The notes under the pieces are model-generated. The model saw nothing but the letters and a program-made list of their open reading frames with translations. It searched no databases and was not told where the DNA came from. 64,000 nucleotides of DNA from NCBI GenBank assembly GCA_030390025.1, contig CM059432.1, forward strand, positions 24,988,001 to 25,052,000, read 5' to 3'. The position numbers were made by a program, and so were the translations under genes. This document shows positions 37,047-48,962 of the stretch, in pieces. Origin of the DNA: Squalus acanthias. Taxonomy: Eukaryota. Position 1 is the first letter of the stretch. The number at the start of each line of letters is the position of its first letter.

Positions 37047-37777
37047 GGCCCGGAATGTATGGTCCTGATGACGGCGAACTGGCAGCATTCGCCATCATTT
37101 CGCCTTTGAAACTGACCATAACTTCAGGATTTAGCGCACGCTCAGCCTAACACGGAAATCCTGAAGTGGCGGTCTGTCATTCACTGCTCTGACACGGGCT
37201 GCGCTGTGCCCCCATAGAGCCGGCAATCAGTGTAATCTGTCAAATCATGGAAACTGACGAAAACTTTGACTCTTCCGCAGTAATACCGCTGTTAAATACC
37301 CCTTTAAAAGTTAGACCCTTTTGGATTCGATGTAACTGGGGTTTTAACAGCGTATTGACTGCTAAACAAAGGTTATGGCCCTGAAAAACTAATTTTAATT
37401 TTGTGGAGTGTCAAATTTATCCATTTTAAGATTTAAAAAATTCTCAAGTTTGTTCATCTTTATTTCAGATTTGTCTTTTCCCCATGTGAGAGCCCCAATC
37501 TTTTTTTTTCACTCTCTAACATTTAAAAAAAGTTAGAATCAAAGGAGCTTAACCACTTCCTGGTTCGCTGTATTCTGCATTTTGATTGGCTGCTTGGACA
37601 GCTTGTTGACATCACAGCAGCTCTTTACTGGGAATCCCCATTAACTTCCGTTGATTTGAATTATGCATCGGAAAACCCAAAATTCTCACCCCAGAGATTG
37701 CAAGATCTTTGTGCGAAGCTTACTTCGGGGCCAGCGGCAAATACCTTTGCTTCGCCGCTGACTGCAAATTACGGGCC
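37047..37777. mobile_element. Harbinger-type MITE
   Basis: TIRs GGCCCGGAATGT and rc GGCCCGTAATTT; TSD ATT/ATT. Confidence 0.75.
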
Positions 37778-37802
37778 ATTACATTTTTATTTTTGACTCG
37801 TT

Positions 37803-38545
37803 CAGCCAGATTTTTTTGATAAATTATCAGTGTCTGAACGACTGACACCGTTATTAATGCACAAATCGGCCAGCAACATGTAGCGAGGAAATGATATCCC
37901 ATGAATTACAAACTGCCACAAGTTGCTGGTGAAAATGGCATCTTGCACTTAACCTCCGCGTGATTTTCATGAAGTTGCTGCATTTGCACATTAATTGCGC
38001 ATTAAACTCACCACAGAAAGTTACATCTAGTAATTAGCAGCATAAGCACCCTTTTAATGATGTGATAATTGTTAATGACTGCCAATCAACCTCTCCTGCC
38101 AGAAAGTAATCAATTATAAGTGTGGAGTCCCATTGCTTCAGGTTGTGAATTGTTGTTGGAGATTTTAAAAATGTCGAATTTTAAATTCTTTAATTTTTTG
38201 TCTTACTTTACCTTTTTTTTTCTCTCTTAATCCAATCTTTCGTTCCCTCTCTTCATTTCTCTTTCTGTACCTGATTTGACATTGAATTCACCCACTCTAA
38301 TTCACCCGCCTTCTCAGTCCTTCCTCTCTTTATTTCTCAATCCTTAAATCTCATTTGTTATGGAGATAAACTGTTTGTCCCGTTGTTCACCAAGGTCCCC
38401 GCTGCTATGTTACCCTCAGTGCACCGTTATCAGCTCGCACTTCCTGCAACTTTGTAGACAAATTTTTTTAAAACCTAAACATGCACAAATAAGTCATACG
38501 AACGGGGCACACTGCAAAATGCCCCGCTCCAGCAAAATATGGACC
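37803..38545. mobile_element. Harbinger-type MITE (family A)
   Basis: Collinear with 8858-9526; ends ccagcaaaatatggacc followed by att. Confidence 0.7.
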
Positions 38546-38585
38546 ATTCTGTTTTATTGAAATAAAAATAAATGGAATGACTTCG

Positions 38586-39380
38586 GAACATAGGAACAGG
38601 AGTAGGCCATTTAGCTCCTCAAGCCTCTTCCACCATTCAATGAGATCATGGTTGATCTGTGACCTAACTCCATATACCCACCTTTGCCCCATATCCCTTA
38701 ATACCTTTGGTTAACAAAGATCTATCAATCTCTGGTTTAAAATTAATAATTGACCTAGCATCAACTGCCATTTGCGGAAGAGAGTTCCAAACTTCTACCA
38801 CCCTTTGTGTGTAAAAGTGTTTCCTAACTTCACTCCTGAAAGGCCTGGCTCTAATTTTTAGGCTATGTCCCCTAATCCTAGACTCTGCAACCAGCGCAAA
38901 TACTTTCTCTCTATCTACCCTATCTGTTCCCCTCAATATCTTGAAAACTTTTATCAAATCACTCCTTAATCTTCTAAATTCCAAGGAATACAACTCTAGT
39001 TTTTGTAATCTCTCCTCGTAATTTAACCTTTGGTTTCCGGGTATCATTCTGGTAAATCTATGCTGCACTCCCTCCAAGACCAATATATCCTTCCTAAGGT
39101 GTGGTACCCAAAACTGAACACAGTACTCCAGGTGTGGTCTAACCAGGGCTTTGTATCGCTGCTGAATAACTTCTAACCCCTTGTATTCTAGTCCTTTAGG
39201 TATTCTAGTCCTTTTGATATAAAGGCCAACCGTTCATTAGCCTTTTTGATTATTTTCTATCCATGACAATTTAATGACCTATGATTTAGGACCCCTAAGT
39301 CTCTTTAGACCTCCACTGTTTCTAGCTTTTCACCATTTAGAAAGTACTCTTATCTATCTCTTTTTGGTCCAAAATGGACT
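38586..39380 (-). mobile_element. CR1 3' fragment
   Basis: Minus-strand ORF EGVQHRFTRMIPG..FYTQRVVEVWNSLP; rc tail gaacataggaac. Confidence 0.9.
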
Positions 39381-40044
39381 GAGTTCTGCATGGAGTGCTA
39401 TTTTGGGCTCATGCTCACCAGCTAAAGGACTTTCAATATGTTCATATGTTCTTAAAGCTTTTCCAGTTCTGAAAATAAATTATCAAGGAGATAAAGGTTC
39501 AGCTTACCTTTTTACCTTAAAATAAGCAAAAAGGCTTAAATTTAAACCCATTGGTAAAATCCATTGCACAAGATTCAGTGCATATGAAACAGACTAGACA
39601 TCTTTAGAATGTTAATAATATAAGAGATTTAACAGGCTGTTTCCAGATACAGTCTTGAAGAATGTGAAAATATTACAAAGACAGAAGCTAGTGCTGATAT
39701 TATTCTAAAAGGATAGTTGTGGATTTGCACAGCACAGAAAACAGAGGGATTAATATCTCACCAGGCTGGGTGAACCACCTTGGATTGCATTAAAACAGAG
39801 GAGAAAAATGCTTAAGAAACATGCTGCCTGATAAGCCCTACTGTTGCCTTTTTATTGAATAGGGCAAAACTATAAATGGAAACATAGCCTGGCCTGACAA
39901 AGGGTTAACCTCTTTTCAGATACAATAGATCTGCTGTATATTTCCAGCACATCCTTGGCTTTTCTTTGAAGTATTCTATACTTTACTTCTTGACCATCTT
40001 CCCTTCAGCGAGTTTTTTTTAAATTCCCTTTTTGTTTCCTCTTG

Positions 40045-40480
40045 ATGCGTCAGCTTGGTAGCGGTAGCACTCTCACCTCTAAATCAGAAGGTTGTGAGTT
40101 CAAGTCCCATTCCAGGACCTGAACACAATCTCTGGGCTAATACTTCAGTAAAGTGCTGAGGGAGTTCTGTATTGTCTTCGGGTCAGATGTTAGACATGGG
40201 TCCCTCTGCCTGTTCCAGTGAGTGTAAGAGATCCCGTGGCACTATTTGAAGCAGAGCAGGGAGTTTTTCTGGCAAACATTTATCCCTCGACCAACATTAC
40301 CAAAAGTACATTTATTGGTAATTTGCTGTTCGTGAGACCTCACTATGCACAAATTTGCTGCCATATTTGCCTACATAACAACAGTGATAACATTTCAAAA
40401 GTAATTCATTTACTGGGAAGTGCTTAGGGACATCCTTAGGACATGAAAGATGCTATCTAAAAGCAATTTCTTTCTTTTCT
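40045..40480 (+). mobile_element. Full-length, diverged SacSINE1/DeuSINE
   Basis: tRNA head (ggtagcactctcacctct..gttcaagtccc), Deu domain and tail. Confidence 0.8.
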
Positions 40481-40849
40481 CTCCCTCTTTCTTTCCTTCT
40501 CTCCCTTTCCCTTCTCCTTTGCAGCTGTACAGATAGAAAAACTAGGCAGAAACATCCTTGAATGTAATTGTACAGTACTGGCAGAATACATTGTTGGAAG
40601 TGCTGTTTGCCTGTAATGTGATGGAGCTGTAATTTTTTATTCAATGTGTTTGAGTAAACCCTGCACTGTTGGATTAGGCAGAGTTGAGTCACGGCATTGT
40701 GTTGCTTTGACTTGAGTGCAAAATTTAAGCTGGAACATCAGTGCAGTACTGAGCTAGAATTGTATTCTCAATTATGGCCCTGAATTTGCAGTCGAAGGCT
40801 TTTCTTGCTCAATTTTGGCCCCAATCTGTTTCTGGGTGATATATCAAAG

Positions 40850-41279
40850 ATGTACACACTGGAGTTTAGAAGATTGAGAGGGGACCTCATAGAAGTGTAT
40901 AAAATTCTGACAGGTCTAGACAGACTAGATGCAGAAGGAATGTTTCCCTTGGCGGGTGAGAACAGAACTAGAGGACATAATTTAAGGATAAGGGCTAAAC
41001 CATTTAGGACAGAAATGAGGGGGAATTTCTTCACTCAGAGGGTGGTGAACCTGTGGAACTCATTGCCACAGAGGGCAGTGTACGCCAGCTCATTAAATAT
41101 ATTTAAGAGGGAATTAGATATATTTCTACAGGCAAAAGGGGTTAAGGGTTACGGAGAGAAGGCGGGGACGGGATACTGAATTGGAGGATCAGCCATGATC
41201 TCATTAAATGGCGGAGCAGGCTCGAAGGGCCGGATGGCCTACTCCTGCTCCTATCTTCTATGTATCTATGTATCTATGA
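40850..41279 (+). mobile_element. CR1 3' end
   Basis: YTLEFRRLRGDLIEVYK..NFFTQRVVNLWNSLP; (tatctatg)n tail. Confidence 0.92.
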
Positions 41280-41573
41280 AGTGCAGTGAACATAACAAAG
41301 CATGGGATGAAAGAAGGCTATTGGGCACATCAAGCCCCTTCCTCCCACAGATCATGTATGTTTACCTTATCATGAACTCTACTCCTTCCATTTAATCTCC
41401 TGAAGTAAAATACTCCCTGATCCCAATGGTAATCAAGCAAAACTCCAGAATATTCATTCACCTCCACTGTTCAGCACAGGCTGGCTGCCAACAATGTATT
41501 CTGCCAGTACTGTACAATTACATTCAAGGATGTTTCTGCCTAGTTTTTCTATCTGTACAGCTGCAAAGGAGAA

Positions 41574-42005
41574 GGGGCAACACGGTGGCATAGTGGTTAG
41601 CACTGGTGCCTCACAGCGGCAGGGACCCGGGTTCGAATCTGACCTCGGGTGACTGTCTGTGTGGAGTTTGCACATTCTCCCCGTGTCTGCATGGGTTTCC
41701 TGCGGGTGCTCCGGTTTCCTCCCACAGTCCAAAAATGTGCGGGTTAGGTTGATTTGGCTATGATAAATTGACCCTTAGTGTTAGGGGGGGATTAAATATG
41801 TGGGGTTATGGGGATAGGATGGGATATGTTAGGGGGAATTAAATACGTGGGGTTACGGGGGTAGGGTGGGATATGTGTACTGTGGGGATTAAAGCAGGGA
41901 CAGGGTACTGGATTTGGATGATCAGCCATGATCGTATTGAATGGTGGAGCAGGCTCGACTGGCCGAATGGCCTACTCCTGCTCCTAGATTCTATGTTTCT
42001 ATGTT
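41574..42005 (+). mobile_element. HE1-type V-SINE, full length
   Basis: tRNA head (tggcatagtgg, ggttcgaatc); V-domain tgtgtggagtttgcacattctccccgtgtctgc..ccggtttcctcccacagtccaaa; CR1-derived 3' tail. Confidence 0.9.
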
Positions 42006-42714
42006 ACTCCACCAGCACCATCTGATCTGATCATTTCAGTCTATTACTATTCCCAATACCACAGTCCCATTCCCAGCCAAATAATTATCCATATGCTTAC
42101 TAAAGGAATTCATTATTTTAGTCATAACTGTTTTTTCCCAGGATATTTCTTGGAAAGTTGTGCTTTTGATTGATCAATCCAATTGTGGACAACCTGGGCA
42201 TTAGCTGAGGAAGTCTTGTGTTAGAATGTTTCTCCCTTTTGAGCCATTTATCTGCTGCAAATTCCATTTAGCCACCATCCATCTTTCTGGGAGACTAAAT
42301 CTGAAGGGCAAATAAGAATAATACTCTACGATGCCTGCCTCCATTTGATTTGAAACATCAGGTAGGATTCCTTTTTAAATCCCCACCAGCTGCAGATGTT
42401 CATTTAGACTCTGTCAACGGGCCAAGCAATAGTTTGCCAGTTCTATCAGTGGTGAAGACAGATCAAGTCTGAAGTGAACTCTGAAATAACATTGTCACTG
42501 CTGTGGATTTTTCATAGAAATGCGATCGCGGAGGAGGTGACAGTTTCTGTGAAGCATCCGAGGGAGACTGAGAGCAGGAGATACGTGAAAAAAAGCAACA
42601 ATGTCAAGCAGCTGGGAAAGGAGAGGTGGAAAGGTAGGACTTAAATAGAAGCAGAGCGGGAGAGTTAGGATGCAAAGTAAAGCTACACACAGCAGGAGAG
42701 CCAGAGAATAAACT

Positions 42715-42875
42715 GATAGCTAGATAGATAGCTAGATAGCTCGATAACTAGAGAGACAGAGAGATAGACAGAGAGATAGACAGAGAGATAGACAGAGAGA
42801 TAGACAGAGAGATAGACAGAGAGATGGACAGAGAGATGGACAGAGAGATAGACAGAAAAATAGATAGAGAGAAAG
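42715..42875. repeat. (AGAT)n and 12-bp (AGAGAGATAGAC)n repeat
   Basis: About 8 tandem 12-mers at 42755-42855. Confidence 0.95.
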
Positions 42876-43551
42876 AAATGAGAATAAACTGAAGACAAAT
42901 ACCAGCAAGAGAATGAGAAAGAGAAATAAGCAGAAACAGACAGCAGTTGACCTGACGAGTTAGGTGATGGAGAAAGAGAGAGAGACAGATGAAAAAGAGA
43001 AAGTGGTAGACCTGGATAATGAGATAAGAAAGATTTGCATTTATACAGCACCTTATCACATCTCTCAGAAATATCCTAAAGGATCTCAAGTACAATGAAT
43101 TACTTTGATGCGTGATCACATTATTAGCTGATGGAGAAAATAAGAGACTAACAAGAAAGAGAGAAAATAGTAGATGCAGAAAACGACATGACAGAGAGAC
43201 AGCAGTGCAGGTTGAGAATCAGATGTTGTGAAGACAACGAGGAAGAAGAGAGAAAAAATAATACACCTAGGAATCAGGAGAGCGAGGAAAAAAATACAGA
43301 CAGAAGGAAAACGATCATCTGTGGTCGAGCTGGAGAACTCTGGGTTTGGGAAGAAAGGGATGCATATTAGCATAGGTAGAGAATTAAAAGCAGAGAGCAC
43401 AGTTGAAAGGAAATAGTGATTCACTGGCGCAAAGGAGAATCTAGATTCAGAGGAATAAAGAGAGACCGCTGGAATCAAAGCAGGTAATATGGTATATTTT
43501 CACTTTTGAAAAACCTATTAAAAGTAAATTTTTCAGACTCGACAAGCAAAA

Positions 43552-44187
43552 GGGAGAATTTTAACTCTTCCCATTGGATGGGAACAGGGCGAGCGAGCAG
43601 TTAAAATCGTAGATCGGTGGTGTTAGAATTGTAGGTCAGTGGCAAAGGAGTGGCTCCATTTCCCGCTCTGTACCCACTGATCAATGATTTTAACGCCGCT
43701 GATTTTGACAGCGGATGAGGCATTTTAACTGGGGGGGGTGCTGCCAGGCTGAAGCAGGTTGGCAGCTGGTGGGAAGGACAAAGAGGACCTTCAGGTAAAA
43801 AAAAAAATCCATAAGGGGCCAGGATGAGCAGGCATGCTCCTCTGGGCCCCAGAAGGAAATTCATGAATTCTATTGCCCCGGACACCTCCCCCCCGCCGCC
43901 CGCTCCCCTCTCCCGCACACCTTCCCTCCCACAAAACCTTCCTGAAATGCTTTCCCCAACCACTTACCTGCAAGCCGGTTGGTGGCCAAGGATTGCCTGA
44001 TTTTCCCTAGCCAGCAATCGCTTTGCACTCTCTTCCAGCCTTTTCTGGGTGGGAAGTGGACCGCCAGCATTTAAATAAGGCCCAGGAGTTAAAATACCCA
44101 GGGCCTGAAATGTCGGCCAATGAGTGCATTTTTCACACGCCCTGTCTCCTGCCCTCCCAAAACCCGCTCCGGGTTAACATTGACTCC
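43552..44187. mobile_element. Harbinger-type MITE (family B)
   Basis: Ends GGGAGAATTTTAAC and GTTAACATTGACTCC, flanked by AAA; related to 53034-53866. Confidence 0.65.
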
Positions 44188-44200
44188 AAAGCAATATTAT

Positions 44201-44350
44201 GGGGTAGAATTTCTGTGGGGGGTTCTGAGGGGGTGGGGGGCGGGAGGGGTGTTTCTCCCAATTGTCTGCCATAACTTTGGTGGAAGACCCACAGGAACCA
44301 TGGAGAAACACTGTAAATGCTGTTTATGCCGTTTCTCCAGAATTTCTGCC
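44201..44350. mobile_element. Short TIR element
   Basis: ggggtagaatttctg ... cagaatttctgcc. Confidence 0.55.
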
Positions 44351-44714
44351 ATGCACAAAATATACGTTGTGTTTACATGCATAGCAACAGTCACTTCCGT
44401 TCATTGCATGTGAACTACTTTGAGACATTTATAAGAGATGTGATAAATACAAAGTTTTCTTCCCCGGTGAAACAAACCCCAGACGATGCGGCCAAACTGA
44501 AACCTGAGGGAAGGTGTTACCACCATTATTCCATGGCAGAGGCTGTGAATGCCACGATTGTCTTTCTCCTTACAATCCACAGGCAACTGAAACCCAAGTT
44601 TAATGCTGCTTCTTAATTTACTCCATCCACGCACCTACTCCTCTCAAACCTGGTGGTGATCTGAACTGTGGGCCTTGGCTCTCCACCACAGTTTCTCAAG
44701 TTAAAGAGAGAGTC

Positions 44715-44940
44715 TTGGATTAGGGAAAGGGAAATCCACTGGACTACTCCCTGTTGCTCAATATACAAGGCGTCCCTATGTGTGTATTGATTAGGGACAG
44801 GATCAGGCTCAGCTGTGATGTTCTCAAAGTCGAATAGTTCCTCTACTCTCACTATAAAAGGTCACATATGAACAACTGCTACATGGGGTAGGTATCAAAG
44901 GGTGACCATTAAACTGTACCCCAGCTAGGGAATCCATGCC
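44715..44940 (+). mobile_element. AmnSINE2-like 3' half
   Basis: ggacaggatcaggctcagctgtgatg..gtcgaatag..actgtaccccagc. Confidence 0.65.
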
Positions 44941-45987
44941 TTCAGGAGAGGAGAGGAGAGAATTGGAGAAAAAAAAACAGGGAGTGAGGACAGAAAAAGG
45001 AATGAAAGCAAAGGTGGAGACTCAGAGTAAGAGAAAAGAGAAATAAATATGGGTGGAGCGTTAGAGGGAGAAAGAGAGAGCAGAATGAAGGCAGAGTCAG
45101 AACAAGATGAAGAGAGAGAAATGGATTTAGGCAATTTGAGGGGGAAGAGAAAAAAATGGGACCACAAACATTTGTTCAAGAAGATTTTCTCCTCCATGGA
45201 AGAAAAAGAGTCAACTAGGAGCAGAGAAGAGAGAGATAATCTAAACTGCATAATCCAATAGAAAGACGGAACATGCAGACAGGATGGGATGTGAAATTAA
45301 TGATAGACAGGGAAAGATAATGAAATATCAGTTAATGTGAAGTAGAATCAGACTGAAACTGCAAAATAGATCAAAGTGTACAAGCAAAGAGCACACAAGG
45401 TAAAGGCCTTTGTACAGTTTTATCACTTAATTAAAAATCTAATTAGTTCCAAGTAAAATGATATTCGGTTGAAATGATTTATCACAATTGACCCGTGATC
45501 TCTGGTGATTAATGTTCTATATGTGCATTATAATTTATTGCAATTTAAATTATAACTAATTTGAATGGCATTGTATTTAATATGATTCAATTACTACAGT
45601 GATTAATTAACTGCAGTTATTAACGTCAATCTACTTTTAACATGTGAACGATTGTAAAGAACATTGAGCTATAACTTCCTGAAATTAATCATAAATGTAA
45701 CCAAGTTAACTGCGATAAAAAAATATACTGTTAAACTTATGCAATGGATTTGAGGAACTGGGCAGTGCACTGACCTTTCAGCCCTGGAAGCTGGATTCAA
45801 ATCCAGCCTGAATTGATAGGGTGAAAGTCTAGTCTGTAGACAGGCGATAATGTTTCTGTTAGGTTTAGGATACTCACTATCCTTCCCTTATAATACAGAC
45901 ATATGGACTAAAGATGAATTCTGATTAATAATCTTTATTGATAAACACACTGATACATCCCATTACATGCAGTGCTCATGAGATCGG

Positions 45988-46258
45988 TTCATAGAATCAT
46001 AGAATGGTTACAGCACAGTAGGAGGCCATTCGGCCTGTCGAGCCTGTGCCGGCTCTCTGCAAGAGCACTTCAGCTAGTCCCACTTCCCCGCCCTTTCTCC
46101 ATGGCCCTGCTTTTTTTTTTCTTTCAGGTACTTATCCAATTCCCTTTTGAAAGCCATGATTGAGTTTGCCTCCACCACCCTTTCAGGAGGTGCATTCAAG
46201 ATCCTAAACGCTCGCTGTGTAAAAAGGTTTTTCCTCATGTCACCTTTGGACCTTCTGC
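45988..46258 (-). mobile_element. CR1 3' end (second family)
   Basis: (catagaat)n tail; ggaggccattcggcc. Confidence 0.85.
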
Positions 46259-46259
46259 C

Positions 46260-46513
46260 AACATCCCAAAACGCTTTACAGCTGAAGTACTTTTGAAATG
46301 TAGTCACTGTCGTAATATAGGAAAAGCGACAGCCAATTTGCGCATAGCAAGGTCTCATATACAGCAGTGAAATAAAGACCAGATAATCTGCTTTTAGTGA
46401 TGTTGATTGAGGGACAAACATTGGCCAGGGCACCGGGGAGAAATCCCCTACTCTTCTCCGAATAGTGCCGTGGGATCCTTAATGTCCACCTGAGGGGGCA
46501 GACAGGGCCTCGG
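46260..46513 (-). mobile_element. SacSINE1/DeuSINE fragment
   Basis: rc Deu domain ttggccagggcaccggggag..atagtgccgtgggatc..gtccacctgag. Confidence 0.85.
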
Positions 46514-46889
46514 AAAAGCAGGAATAGGTCTCAGAGTTCCTGTTATTTAAACTGGAAAATAATTCTAAATCAAAAGAACAGAGAAGCGTACGAATCAATT
46601 CACGAACAGAGAACTCATCGGAACTCTTACAGGCTCCATGTGAAATAAATTTAGTTTGGGCAGTCCCAACCCAGTTCCTTGTAGACATGGCGCACAGCAT
46701 TAAACAACCCCTTGTTTGACAACAATTAGCATTTAATTGGCCATCTCATTCAGAGAGGTCAAAGGATGGCTGCTTAAAAAATGCAAGATTGTTACACAGT
46801 AGGGAGCAGTGAAATCAAAGTACTCCAACCATTTTGCCTATTTAAACAAAAATAATCATTTTCTTCAGAATTTCCCCTTCAATAAGCAA

Positions 46890-47058
46890 GATTCAATAGT
46901 AACTTTCAAAAGGGAATTAGATAAATACTTGAAGGGAAAAATTTAACAGGGCTATGGAGAAAGAACAGGGAAGTGGGACTAATGGATAGCTCGACCAAAG
47001 AGCCGGCACTGACATGATGGGCCAAATGGCCACATTCTGTGCTGTATCATTCTTTGAT
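46890..47058 (+). mobile_element. CR1 3' end (second family)
   Basis: ttcaaaagggaattagataaatacttgaag..gatgggccaaatggcc; inverted relative of 45988-46258. Confidence 0.8.
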
Positions 47059-47331
47059 ATCGATCCAGCTCCCTCATAAAGGTGTCTGCTGAATCTGAAT
47101 CAGCTCCTTTCTCTAGGAGTCTATTCTAGATATTCATTAACCTTTGGGAAAACCTGGCTCAAGGCCAGGAATAATACCAACAGATGTTTAATAAACTTAC
47201 TGCATCGCAAATAGTTCCTCCAGTAGCTCAATTGGTTATCACACTGTCCGATGTGGTACTGAGCCATACAGAACAGAAAGCCCCAGGCTCTATCCCCAGT
47301 CTGTACAGGGTTAGTTGATCTCAGCAGTGAC

Positions 47332-48340
47332 CATGATGTGGAGATGCCGGTGTTGGACTGGGGTGGACAAAAATGAGAAGTCGCACAACACCAGGTTATA
47401 GTCCAAGGGGGAAAAATTCAGTTGGTCGCGCCTCCCGTTAGCACCTTAAGAGGGCGCTAATGGGGCGCAAAGCATCTAGCGCCCAGGCGCGGCGAAGTTT
47501 GTGCCGCTCGTGAAATTAACTAGACATTTTGCGGCGGCGCTAAACACTACCGCCACGATCTCCTGCGCCGGCAGATCGTGACGTCAGTCGAGTGCGCAAC
47601 GCCCCGGTATCGCCCCGGAGAGGATATTGAGTGGCGCCCCCTGCCTTACTGCCTGACGCTAGCAATGACAGGTTGAGGGGAGCGTTCTGCAGTCATGAAG
47701 GGAAAGGGGGAGCGCTATTTAAAGGTGACCGCTTCCTGCCTTTTATTGTTGGTGCCATTTTTGAACTATGCATTCTGAGAGAGAGAGAGAGAGAGACTTC
47801 TGGAGAGATTCAACGTTGTGTGAAGGAGTTTTGGGTACTGAGCAGCACTTTGCAGGTTCATTTTGATTTGCCATTCCTTGTATCGATTTAGAAGAGACTG
47901 TGGGGGCTGCACTCTGAGCTCTTTGCCTGGTACTCTCCATTGTTCGTTCCAGCAGATTTGATGTGCAGGTCTCTCCAGGCCGAGATTCAAGGCTGCAATG
48001 AGCAGGATGTGGATGGAAAGCAAGATTAACCATCCCCTTTAAGAACTGGCCCGCGCCATTGTGTGTGTGTTCCATTGCTGACTGACATTACATGAGCTTC
48101 GCCAGCGCTCTGAGGTAGCGCCTCGCTCCTCGGCCTTTGCGCCTTAAGACAGGTGTGAAGCGCCTGATTTAACGCTCCAATCACCCCCAGGGACGATGAA
48201 AGTCAAGTTTGCAGTCGGTGGTGATAATCAGCGCCAGGCGCTAATCTTTGCGCCCGGCCGATAATTGCGCCCCAAATGGGGCGATACTGAATTTCTCCCC
48301 CTTGGACGATAACCTGGTGTTGTGCGACTTCTCATTTTTT
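47332..48340. mobile_element. Penelope-like pseudo-LTR arms enclosing a Harbinger MITE, with 11-bp TSD
   Basis: TSD TCAGCAGTGAC at 47321-31 and 48341-51; arms are mutual inverted copies of ttggac.ataacctggtgttgtgcgacttctcattttt. Confidence 0.75.
47407..48301. mobile_element. Harbinger-type MITE, CpG-rich
   Basis: TIRs GGGGGAAAAATTCAGT and ACTGAATTTCTCCCCC (15/16); many gcgcc subterminal motifs. Confidence 0.8.
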
Positions 48341-48448
48341 TCAGCAGTGACAACAGTGGAGTGCTACATTTGGCCTCACCACCTCTTCGATAGGCACAGT
48401 GGAAAAATCCTCCTGTTCCTGAGCACTATCCAGTGACCCCTGCTGCTG

Positions 48449-48899
48449 GTGCATGTATGTGAATGGTGTGTGTCTGTATGAATGGTGTGTGCGTGTGTGT
48501 ATGTAAATGGCGTGCATGTGTGCGTGTATGTGAATGGCATGTGTGTGTGGGAATGGTGTGTGTGAACATGCGTGTATGGGAATGGTGTGCGTGTGTGCAT
48601 GCGTGTGTGTGAATGGTGTGTGTGTGCATGTGAATGGTTTGCATGTGTGTGTGCATGTATGTGAATAGTGGGCGTGTGTGCGTGCGTGTTTGTGAATAGT
48701 GGGCATGTGTGCATGTGTGTATGTGAATAGTGGGCCTGTGTGTATGTGAATGGTGTGTGTATGTGAATGGTTTGCATGTGTGTGCGTGTATGTGAATGAT
48801 GTGTGTGTATGTGAATGGTGTGTGTGCGTGCATGTACGTGAATGATGTGTGTGTATGTGAATGGTGTGTGTGCATGCATGTACGTGAATGGTGTGTGTG
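48449..48899. repeat. TG-rich minisatellite (atgtgaatgg(tg)n), left part
   Basis: Repeating gtatgtgaatggtgtgtg units. Confidence 0.95.
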
Positions 48900-48962
48900 A
48901 CAAAAGACAGGAAGGAGAAAAGCAAAGGTGACAGTTAGAGAAATCAAGAGTTTAAATCAAAC

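Larger units (their letters stand above)
45750..46775 (+). mobile_element. LF-SINE-like element (head 45750-45840, body 46630-46775) with intervening insertions
   Basis: gacctttca..ggattcaaatccagcc head; tgtgaaa..cccagttccttgtagac..taattggccatctc..agagagg body. Confidence 0.5.

Noticed and set aside
41574..41650. tRNA-like sequences here and at 8725, 18949, 40045 and 54160
   Set aside because: SINE heads continuing into V or Deu domains; no complete cloverleaf or Pol III terminator.
42683..43478. Hydrophobic Leu/Ser/Phe-rich minus-strand ORFs (also 44925-45251)
   Set aside because: Antisense of GA-rich low-complexity DNA and microsatellite.
47420..48300. CpG-island promoter (also 61500-63370)
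   Set aside because: CpG richness is confined within TIR-bounded MITEs and reflects young insertions.
48341..48947. His/Thr-rich minus-strand ORFs of 173-194 aa
   Set aside because: Translations of the TG-rich minisatellite, open in all three frames; no coding signal.
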